A stretch of DNA of 64,000 bases from the NCBI GenBank assembly GCA_031441465.1, contig JANOEP010000047.1:1-64000 (forward strand). The letters are read 5' to 3'. Origin of the DNA: a bacterium (lineage in GTDB: Bacteria; Krumholzibacteriota; Krumholzibacteriia; LZORAL124-64-63). The notes under the pieces are model-generated. The model did no database searches. It was not told the DNA's origin and saw only the letters and a list, made by a program, of their open reading frames with translations. Shown here one piece after another: positions 9,733-17,783 of the stretch (position 1 is the first letter of the stretch; every line of letters starts with the position of its first letter). A program made the translations under genes and the position numbers.

Positions 9733-9764
9733 CGGGAGGCCCGGCGCAAGCCGGGTTTCCCGTT
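9733..9764 (+). terminator. Probable intrinsic terminator hairpin
   Basis: CGGGAGGCCCGGC-GCAA-GCCGGGTTTCCCG, 13-bp stem (2 G-U) with GNRA loop, directly after the locus; weak U tract. Confidence 0.65.
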
Positions 9765-9840
9765 GAAGGGCCCGTCGCCGTCTTGCCCCCCCGGCACAAC
9801 CCGGTTAGTGTTCACCGATCATCGATGCGGGAGGGACGGC

Positions 9841-10173
9841 ATGGCGAGCGGCGACCCCAGACTCTTCCAGCACGGCGACGTGCGCCTCACCGTCGATCCC
9901 GACGGCTTCATGGTTCACCCCGACGACTGGACCCCCGCCATCGCCGCCGCCTTCGCCGCGGCCGACGGCCTGCCCGAACTCACGGCCGAGCACTGGCGGG
10001 TCCTGGAGTACCTGCGCGACTACTGGCTCCGACTCGACCGCGCCCCGATGGTCCGCCGCCTCTGCCGGGAAACCGGCCTCACGCTGAGCCGGATCTACGA
10101 ACTGTTCCCGAAGGGGCCGGCGCTGGGGGCTTGCAGGTATGCCGGCCTCCCCAAGTCGGACGGGTGCGTTTGA
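9841..10173 (+). CDS. TusE/DsrC/DsvC-family sulfur relay protein with both C-terminal Cys (CX10C)
   Basis: DPDGF..PDDW, LT.EHW.V..YLR.Y, YELFPKGPA.GAC.YAGLPK..GCV. Confidence 0.9.
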   Translation: MASGDPRLFQHGDVRLTVDPDGFMVHPDDWTPAIAAAFAAADGLPELTAEHWRVLEYLRDYWLRLDRAPMVRRLCRETGLTLSRIYELFPKGPALGACRYAGLPKSDGCV

Positions 10174-10215
10174 CGGTCGACCCCGGCGCTCGACATCCGG
10201 CCTGATCCCGCCTCC

Positions 10216-12738
10216 CTAGCGCAACCAGACCACCTTCTGGCTCGATTGTCCCCGGGTCGTGGACACGCGCAGCCAATAGACGCCCGCGCTCGCCGGTGCG
10301 CCCGCGGTGTCGCGACCGTTCCAGCTCACGTGATGCTCGCCGGCCGGCAGGCGGTTCGCCAGCAATCGCGTCACGAGACGGCCGCGGATGTCGAACACCC
10401 CGGCGTCCACGTAATCATCCGTCGGCACCTGGATCAGGAAGCTGATGTGGTCTGAGGTGGGATTCCGGGACAGGGTCGAGACCCGCAGCCCCGTGTCGGC
10501 GGGGGCCGCCTCGACCGCCGTCGTGGTCGGCAACTCCCAGCGCGCGATCCTCTGTGCGGACTTGTCGCCCGCGGTGTTGAAGAACCCGGCTACGAACAGA
10601 TCGCCGTCGAAGGGCGTCAGGTCGAGTCCCCCCAGGTTGTTGCCGCCGGGGCCCTGGCCCAGACCGCTGCCGAGGGCCGACCAGTCCGTTCCGTCCCATG
10701 AGGCGAGACGGTTGGCGGGGGCGCCACCCGCGTGGCTGAAGGCCCCGAGGACGAAGAGCTTGCCCCCCGCCGAGGTCATCTCATCGGCGTAGTAGTCGAG
10801 GCCCGTTCCGACGCCTACCCAGTCGATGCCGTCCCAACGCGCCATCCGGCCCGGCAACAGGGAGGCGCCGCTCGCGGTGAAATCGCCCGAGGCGTAGAGT
10901 TCGCCGCCGTGGACCCCGAGGGCGCTGACGCGGCCGTTCAAACCATTGCCGATAGGACTCCAACTCACGCCGTTCCACTGCGCGATGTTCTGGGTGGGGA
11001 CGCCGTTGATGCCGGCGAACAACCCGGCGCAGACGACCTTCCCGTTCCAGACTGCCAGGCGGGCCGCCGAAGCGCCGGCGGCCGGCGTCATCGTGCCGAC
11101 GGTCTGCCACTGCGAGCCGGTCCAGCGGGCCACATGACCGAGCGGCGCGCCGGAACCCATCTCGGTCTGGAGCAAACCGCCCGCGACGAGCTGCCCGCCG
11201 AAGTCGACGATCTGGGCTCCTTGTCCGGCGAAGCCGCCGTTGAAGCCCTCCCAACCCGATCCGTTCCAAGCGATGATGTGCCGCGAATTGACGGCGCCGG
11301 CGCCCGTGAAGTACCCCGAGACCACCAGCCGCCCGTTCCAGATCGCGAGCTGGTCGCCGGAGGGATTGCCGAACGGGTCGTTCAGCCCGCTCCCGAGCCG
11401 GCTCCACTGCGCCCCGTCCCAGGCGGCGATCCCCTGGGCGCCTCCCAGCTCCCCGATCATCTTGAAATTGCCGGTTGCGACGAGTCGACCGTCGAATTCC
11501 GTCACGCCGTAGACATAGCCTTCGTCCGCGACGCCGAAGCCCGTGCCCAGTGATCGGAAACGTGTGCCGTCCCAGGCCACGATGCCCCTGCCGCCCTTGA
11601 TCACGCCGCCGTCGGTGTAGTCGTAGAAGCCCTGGATGTTGCCGGCCAGGAACAGGTCGCCGCCGATGCGCGTGAACGACGCCAGATTCGCGCCGAACTG
11701 GCCCCAAACCCGTTCCGGTCCCGCGGTCCAGCCGAAACCGTCCCAGTAGGAGCAGGCCGGACCGGGGTGGTCGTAGAAAGCGCCGACCACGAAGAGCTGG
11801 CCGGAGTCTGCTCCCATGCCCAGGACAGAAGAGACGTCGTCGGTCAGCGGGTGGATCGTCGCACCGTCCCAGCGGGCGAGGTTCTGGACGACGACGTTGC
11901 CGTTGTCTGCGGAATAGAAGTCGCCGTAGAGGTAGAGGTCGCTCCCGACCGCCGACAGCAGCAGGACTTCGCCGTCGAGTCCGGCGACGTTGTAGGACCA
12001 GTCCGAGCCGTCCCAGGCATTCAGGTAGTTGGGGGTGCTCCCGTCGTCGAGATAGCCGCCCACGTACAACACCGACCCGACCCGCGCCGCGGCGCGCAGG
12101 ATTCCGAATTCCGCGCCGGCGAAGCCGCCCAAGTCGCTCCACGCCGTTCCGTTCCAGGCGGCGACGCAACGGGCCGCCACCGGCGGCGAGCCGATGGAGG
12201 TGAACCGGCCAAGCAGCAGGAGCGTCGAGCCGTCCGCGGCGAGCGTCAGTTCGGTGGCGTCGTCGGGAGGACCGGAGCCGACCGCGGCCCAGGCCGCACC
12301 GGTCCAGCGTGCGACGTTGGGCAGAGGGGTGGCGCCCGAGGCCGTGAAATCTCCGGCCGCGTACAGGGTCGTGCCGACGACGGCGAGGGAGGTGACGGTG
12401 CCGTTGAGTCCCGCGCCCAGCGCCGCGAACTCCGAACCGTTCCAGGCCACCACGTTCTGCACCGGCGTGCCTCCGGCGTGGGTGATGTTGCCGCCCACGA
12501 CCAACGTGCCGTTCCAGTTGACGGTGGACCTGATGGCGCTCCACCATCCCGAGGGATCGCCGGTGAGCCCGGGCGCGCCGAAGTCGGACGACCAGTTCAC
12601 GTCGGCCGGGTCGGCGCGGCTCGCGGGGATGCCGCCGAGGGTGGCGAAGACGGCGCAAGCGACGGCAAGCCGACGGATGCGGGCGGCGAGGAGTGCGCGT
12701 CCGAGTCCGCGTGCCTGGGTTGAAGTCGTGGGTGACAT
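10216..12738 (-). CDS. Secreted repeat protein (probable double beta-propeller) with C-terminal FlgD-Ig/T9SS-like domain
   Basis: GGAGG before ATG12738; signal peptide; about 14 repeats of GGxF..AG....IAxW[DN]GxxWxxLGxG; C-terminal FDIRGRLV..WNGRD..GVYWLRV..KVVWLR. Confidence 0.85.
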   Translation of the reverse strand: MSPTTSTQARGLGRALLAARIRRLAVACAVFATLGGIPASRADPADVNWSSDFGAPGLTGDPSGWWSAIRSTVNWNGTLVVGGNITHAGGTPVQNVVAWNGSEFAALGAGLNGTVTSLAVVGTTLYAAGDFTASGATPLPNVARWTGAAWAAVGSGPPDDATELTLAADGSTLLLLGRFTSIGSPPVAARCVAAWNGTAWSDLGGFAGAEFGILRAAARVGSVLYVGGYLDDGSTPNYLNAWDGSDWSYNVAGLDGEVLLLSAVGSDLYLYGDFYSADNGNVVVQNLARWDGATIHPLTDDVSSVLGMGADSGQLFVVGAFYDHPGPACSYWDGFGWTAGPERVWGQFGANLASFTRIGGDLFLAGNIQGFYDYTDGGVIKGGRGIVAWDGTRFRSLGTGFGVADEGYVYGVTEFDGRLVATGNFKMIGELGGAQGIAAWDGAQWSRLGSGLNDPFGNPSGDQLAIWNGRLVVSGYFTGAGAVNSRHIIAWNGSGWEGFNGGFAGQGAQIVDFGGQLVAGGLLQTEMGSGAPLGHVARWTGSQWQTVGTMTPAAGASAARLAVWNGKVVCAGLFAGINGVPTQNIAQWNGVSWSPIGNGLNGRVSALGVHGGELYASGDFTASGASLLPGRMARWDGIDWVGVGTGLDYYADEMTSAGGKLFVLGAFSHAGGAPANRLASWDGTDWSALGSGLGQGPGGNNLGGLDLTPFDGDLFVAGFFNTAGDKSAQRIARWELPTTTAVEAAPADTGLRVSTLSRNPTSDHISFLIQVPTDDYVDAGVFDIRGRLVTRLLANRLPAGEHHVSWNGRDTAGAPASAGVYWLRVSTTRGQSSQKVVWLR

Positions 12739-12951
12739 GGTCGAACCTCCGCGATATGGGCTTACCGGACACGCATGGTGCGTTGGTAATTCAGGGTAGC
12801 ATAACAAGACAGATATTATCCATATTATACTGTTGCCGGGGAGCGGCATTGATCAACCCGGCAAGAAATATCCATGATATAATCCATTTATATACATATA
12901 CAGAGGATATCGTGTACCGAAGAGCACTGCAGTCACCCCCCAAGCCTGAAC

Positions 12952-14811
12952 CTACGGTAAGAAGGAAGCCATCCCACCGTCGGGGTTGTGACAATCGCTG
13001 CAACTCAAGGCGCCCTTGAGCCGGACAGCGTGGCTGACCTCCAACATCGCGTCCTCGGGCAGCCAGCGCGGCTCGACCCGGCGGCCGGCCCGGACGTCCT
13101 CGTAGGCCTGGATGTTCCAGCGCGGGACGTCCAGGTAGCCGATGAAGCGGTTCATCAGGTAGTACTGGAACATGCGGCCGTACATCATGCGCATCATGGG
13201 CTTTTCCATCTCGGCGCGGGCGGCGGCGTCGGGGTCGCCGTCGCGGTAGTACAGGGGCAGGTTGTAGGGCACGAACATGCCGCCGAAGGGGCCGGCGTTC
13301 TGCAGGTCGATGTGCTGGCGCCCGTTGAAGCGCTTCATCGCGTACAGCTTGCTGGGGCGACCGGCGGCGGCGAGCGGGCGCATCAGCCGGTCGTACCAAC
13401 CCTCGTAGTCGTAATCTTCCCACTCGGGCCAGCGGTGCGGGGCCGTGTAGAAGCGCCACGTGCCGTCGGGACTCTCGCCGATCGGGTTGCCGAGGAAGGT
13501 GGCGTCGCCGTTCCACCAGACGTAGGCGAGGCCCTCGCCCGGGGCGGTCAGCTTCTCCTCGTCGCGGGCGAGGTGGAGGCCCTGCTCCGGCTCCAGGACC
13601 GTCCGCGAGAAGTCGCGGCGGGTGACGTTGTCGGGGTGGAGGCTGGGGATGTGGCAGGTGACGCAGGCGACCCAGGCGCCGTGCTCGTTCAGGACGCGGG
13701 CGGTGCGCGTCTTGGCCTCGTGGGGCGCGTCGGTGTGGCAGCGCTCGCAGGACACCTCGACGCCCGGCAGGTCGTTGGCCATCATCGTGGTGGTGTGCGT
13801 GCCCTTCGCGATGCGGTGGCCTTCGGTGGGGTGGCAGTCGAGGCAGGCCAGGCCGGCGGCGGCGTGGACGTCCCAGGACGGCGAGTAGGGGGTGCCGCGC
13901 TTGGAGCCGGGGTGCATCACGCGGGGGTAGCGGTCGCCGCGCGCGCGCCGCGAGGGCATGAAGGAAGGGTCCTTCGCGTCGACGTAGACGTCGCCGCCCA
14001 GGTTGTGCTGGTGGCAACGCAGGCAGGACTGGGACGACGGCGTCTCGACCGAGAGCGCCGCGCGCAGGCTGCGGTCCTGGTCCCAGCGCAAGCGGCCGTT
14101 GGCGTCGCGCACCACCTGCTTGCGGTTCATGTCGTAGGCCGCGGCGTGGCAGATCAGGCAGTCGATCGCGTCGCGCTCCTCGGGCAGCGTCTTGTAAAAG
14201 GGCATGATCTCGCCCAGGGGGGCCTGGGTCTGGCCGCCGATGTGGCACTGGCCGCAGCCCTCGCTCAGGGTGTCACCCCGCGTGTTGACGACCCACTCCG
14301 CCCAGGCGGTCATCGCGAAGGAGCCCGGCTTGGGGCAAGGGCGGTCGAGCATGCCCATCGGCAGGCCGTCCGCCGAGCGGCCGTTGAAGCCGCGGACGTT
14401 CTTGTGGTCCGTGCTGAAGAACCGGTAATGCACCGAGCCGGTGAGGTTGCGCAGGAGGTCTTCACGGCGGGGCAGGCCGTAGGTGTTCTCGAACTCGATC
14501 TCCCGGTGGCACACCAGGCAGGTCTCCGGACCGCGGTAAGAGCGGATGCCGGCCTCGCGGAACCGGTCCACGTGGTCGAAGTTGCGCCGGAACTCGAGGT
14601 TCAGGCTCTTGGCGACCAGTTCGAAGGCGTCGCGGTCGAGTTCCTCGGTGGGGAAGGCCATGCGGGTGGGCCGGGAGTCCTCGGGCAGCATGAGGTTGAT
14701 CATCCGCGACCAGGCCTGCCAGCGCCAACCGGCGGCGCCGGCCAGCACCAACAGCAGCAACATCAACAACGGCATGATGTTAAGGCTGCGGCGCGGGCGT
14801 GGGGACGCCAT
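12952..14811 (-). CDS. Membrane-anchored octaheme cytochrome c (OTR-like family)
   Basis: Eight CxxCH motifs (CLVCH, CGQCH, CLICH, CLRCH, CLDCH, CERCH, CVTCH, CSDCH); YxGPETC, IDCLICH, DVH...G..C..CH....HRI, CVTCHIP, SHAV....ALSC spacing; N-terminal hydrophobic helix. Confidence 0.85.
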   Translation of the reverse strand: MASPRPRRSLNIMPLLMLLLLVLAGAAGWRWQAWSRMINLMLPEDSRPTRMAFPTEELDRDAFELVAKSLNLEFRRNFDHVDRFREAGIRSYRGPETCLVCHREIEFENTYGLPRREDLLRNLTGSVHYRFFSTDHKNVRGFNGRSADGLPMGMLDRPCPKPGSFAMTAWAEWVVNTRGDTLSEGCGQCHIGGQTQAPLGEIMPFYKTLPEERDAIDCLICHAAAYDMNRKQVVRDANGRLRWDQDRSLRAALSVETPSSQSCLRCHQHNLGGDVYVDAKDPSFMPSRRARGDRYPRVMHPGSKRGTPYSPSWDVHAAAGLACLDCHPTEGHRIAKGTHTTTMMANDLPGVEVSCERCHTDAPHEAKTRTARVLNEHGAWVACVTCHIPSLHPDNVTRRDFSRTVLEPEQGLHLARDEEKLTAPGEGLAYVWWNGDATFLGNPIGESPDGTWRFYTAPHRWPEWEDYDYEGWYDRLMRPLAAAGRPSKLYAMKRFNGRQHIDLQNAGPFGGMFVPYNLPLYYRDGDPDAAARAEMEKPMMRMMYGRMFQYYLMNRFIGYLDVPRWNIQAYEDVRAGRRVEPRWLPEDAMLEVSHAVRLKGALSCSDCHNPDGGMASFLP

Positions 14812-15064
14812 CGGGAACCCCCGGGAAGGCAGACAACGGGCTGATGGGGCGTATCGACCCATCAATCGCAGGGGGAGCGGCCGCTGTCAAGGCGCTGGGA
14901 GAGCGATGGATGGCCGTCGATCGCCTCATTATGCAAAAAACAGGACTCCCATTTCGGGAACCAGGGTCCCATTTTGTGCGTTGCCCGACTTCCTCCAGGA
15001 AGAGCCAGGTAGCCGCCGGTCGGAGCGTCCGCGAGGACATCGGCATCGTGAAGGGACATCCTGT

Positions 15065-15682
15065 TTGACCAACCTGATCGACAACGACGCCGTCGACCGG
15101 CGGCGCTTCCTGCGCATCTTCGGGGGCGTGGTCCTGGCCTGCCTGGCGCCGCTGCCCCTGGCCGCTTCCGTGACCGGGAGTGAAACCCTCGGCGCCCCTC
15201 AGCCCGCCTTGGCCGGGGCCGGGATCGCCGGCGCGCCCGAGGCGCACCTGATCTCGCTGCTCAACATCAATACCGGCGAACGGTTGGCCTGCGCCTACCG
15301 TGAGAAGGGCATCCTGGTGCCCGATGCGACGGCTGCCATCGACAGGTTGCTGCGCGACCACCGCAACGACGAGATCAAGCCCATCGATCCCCAGCTGCTG
15401 GATCTGCTCCACGACGCCGCGTCGGCGCTCGGCTCGTCCGAGCCCTTCCACGTGGTTTGCGGTTACCGGTCCTCGGCCACCAACGCGGCGATGCGCCGCC
15501 GCGGCGCCGGCGTGGCCAAGCACAGCTACCACATCACCGGCCGCGCCGCCGACGTGAGCCTGCCGGGCGCCCAGCTCGCGCAGCTGCGCCGCGCCGCCCG
15601 CGACCTGAAGACCGGCGGCGTCGGCTACTACCCCGGCTCGCGGTTCGTCCACCTGGACACCGGTCCCGTTCGCAGCTGGTAG
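15065..15682 (+). CDS. YcbK/MepK-family (DUF882, peptidase M15A) murein endopeptidase, Tat signal
   Basis: RRRFL twin-arginine motif; NTGE, LRDHR, IDP.LLD.L, GYRS..TN, GVAKHSYH..GRAAD, GGVGYYP...FVHLDTGPVRSW; TTG start inferred. Confidence 0.9.
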   Translation: MTNLIDNDAVDRRRFLRIFGGVVLACLAPLPLAASVTGSETLGAPQPALAGAGIAGAPEAHLISLLNINTGERLACAYREKGILVPDATAAIDRLLRDHRNDEIKPIDPQLLDLLHDAASALGSSEPFHVVCGYRSSATNAAMRRRGAGVAKHSYHITGRAADVSLPGAQLAQLRRAARDLKTGGVGYYPGSRFVHLDTGPVRSW

Positions 15683-15788
15683 GGCGCGCCCCCGGGCTCC
15701 CGACGGATTTATCCCCGCTGGATTTTCCCCGCCTTGCGCCTTATCCTCCGACCTGCGATTCCGCGGTACGGAGGCCGCGTCCCAACCC

Positions 15789-17783
15789 ATGGTCGAACGC
15801 ATCCGCAAGACTCTCGGCGCCTTGCGCCCCCCCACGTCCGGACCCCTGAGCCTCATGGTCCGGCGCCATCGTCTGCTCTTCTTCTTCGCTTTCTTCGGCG
15901 CGATCGCCGCCTTGTCGGTGAGCTTGTCCTTCGTCATCCGTTTCGAATGGTCCTGGCTGCGCAAGGTGCCCAAGTGGCCCGAGTGGTGGCGGTCGATGCT
16001 GCTGGTGGCCGTGCCCGTGCGCCTGGTGGTGTTCACCGCCTTCGGGCTGCACCGGGTCTCGTGGCGGTTCGCCGGGTTGCGGGACGTGCCGCCGCTGATC
16101 AACGCGATCCTGGTCGGTTCGGCGTTCGACGCCGCGATCCTGCTGTGGGCCTACCAGGGGGCCTTCCCCCGCTCGGTGCTGATCATCGACACCGTCCTGT
16201 GCATGGCGTTGGCCGTGATCGGCCGCTACATGTACCGCATCCTGGACCACCTCTCGCGCGGCATCGACACCGGCCCGCGGACGCGCGTGGTCATCGTGGG
16301 CGCGGGGACGGCCTGCAACCTCGTGCTGGAAGCCATGAACACGGCCAAGCTGAACGCCTACCGGCCGGTGGCCATCGTCGACGACGACCCGCTCAAGCAG
16401 GGCATCACCATCCACGGCGTGGGCGTCGCCACGCCCATCGACGCCATCGTCGAGGTGGCGCGCCGCACGGGGGCCGAGGCGGTCATCCTGGCGATGCCGA
16501 CGGCCACCACGGCGCAGCTGTACCGCATCGTGAAGCTGTGCCGCGAGACCGGCCTGCCGCTGAAGACCACGCCCGACATCTGGCAGGTCCTGCAGAGCAG
16601 CGAGGCGGTCACCCGCATCCAGGACTTCTCGCTCGACGACCTGCTCAACCGGCGCGTCGTGCGCTCGGACGTGCCGGAGATCCGCCGGCTGCTCGAGGGG
16701 CGCATCGTGCTGGTGACCGGGGCGGCCGGCAGCATCGGCTCGGAGATGTGCCGGCAGATCGTCGACCAGGGGGCGCTGCGGCTGGTCTGCCTGGACAAGG
16801 ACGAGAACGGCCTGTTCCGGCTCGAGCAGGAGCTGCGCCGGCGCCGGCCCGACGCCGCGCTCGCCTTCTTCCTGGGCGACGTCAAGGACGAGGGCCGCAT
16901 GGATACCCTGTTCTCGCGCTGGAAGCCGCAGATCGTGTTCCACGCCGCGGCCTACAAGCACGTGCCCATCCTGCAGTTCCACCCCGTCGAGGCGATCCGC
17001 AACAACGTGGGCGGCACGCGCATGGTGGCGCGCCTGTCCCAGCGCTACGGCGTCGAGCGCTTCGTGATGATCAGCACGGACAAGGCCGTGCGGCCCACCA
17101 GCGTCATGGGCGCGACCAAGCAGATCGCGGAACGCGTGATCCACAACCTGGGCGCCGAAAACCCGGGCGGCACGAACTTCTCGACGATCCGCTTCGGCAA
17201 CGTGCTGGGGTCGGCGGGCAGCGTCGTGGAGCTGTTCCTGGAGCAGATCCGCAAGGGCGGCCCGGTGACGGTCACCGACCCGCGCATCGAGCGCTACTTC
17301 ATGACCATCGCCGAGGCCGTGCACCTGGTGCTCTACGCGGCGGGCATGGGCGCGGGCGACGAGATCTTCATCCTGGACATGGGCGCGCCGGTGAAGATCG
17401 ACGCCCTGGCGCGGCAGATGATCCAGCTGTCGGGCCTGACGCCCGAGATCGACGTGCCCATCGTCTACACGGGACTGCGGCCGGGCGAGAAGCTCTACGA
17501 GGAACTGTGGACGCCCGAGGAGAAGCCGCAGCCCACCAGCAACCCCGGCATCCGCGTGGCCCGCCGCACCGACGGCGTGCACGACATCGACGCCCGCGTG
17601 GATGCCTTGCTCGTCGCCGCCGCCGCCGGCAACATGCGCGAGTGCTGGGAGCAGCTGCTGGAACTGGTGCCGGACTTCCAGGGTGCGACGCGCGAGGCCG
17701 CCGAGATGCCGCCGGCCGGCGTCGATCTGCGGGCCGGCGGTGACGGGTCTGCCGCCGCCCCGACCGGGCCGACCGCGCGATGA
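15789..17783 (+). CDS. Membrane-bound UDP-GlcNAc 4,6-dehydratase (CapD/PglF/WbpM family)
   Basis: N-terminal TM helices; GAAGSIGSE, FHAAAYKHVP, ISTDKAV.PTSVMGATK, RFGNVLGS.GSV, GLRPGEKLYEEL. Confidence 0.95.
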   Translation: MVERIRKTLGALRPPTSGPLSLMVRRHRLLFFFAFFGAIAALSVSLSFVIRFEWSWLRKVPKWPEWWRSMLLVAVPVRLVVFTAFGLHRVSWRFAGLRDVPPLINAILVGSAFDAAILLWAYQGAFPRSVLIIDTVLCMALAVIGRYMYRILDHLSRGIDTGPRTRVVIVGAGTACNLVLEAMNTAKLNAYRPVAIVDDDPLKQGITIHGVGVATPIDAIVEVARRTGAEAVILAMPTATTAQLYRIVKLCRETGLPLKTTPDIWQVLQSSEAVTRIQDFSLDDLLNRRVVRSDVPEIRRLLEGRIVLVTGAAGSIGSEMCRQIVDQGALRLVCLDKDENGLFRLEQELRRRRPDAALAFFLGDVKDEGRMDTLFSRWKPQIVFHAAAYKHVPILQFHPVEAIRNNVGGTRMVARLSQRYGVERFVMISTDKAVRPTSVMGATKQIAERVIHNLGAENPGGTNFSTIRFGNVLGSAGSVVELFLEQIRKGGPVTVTDPRIERYFMTIAEAVHLVLYAAGMGAGDEIFILDMGAPVKIDALARQMIQLSGLTPEIDVPIVYTGLRPGEKLYEELWTPEEKPQPTSNPGIRVARRTDGVHDIDARVDALLVAAAAGNMRECWEQLLELVPDFQGATREAAEMPPAGVDLRAGGDGSAAAPTGPTAR

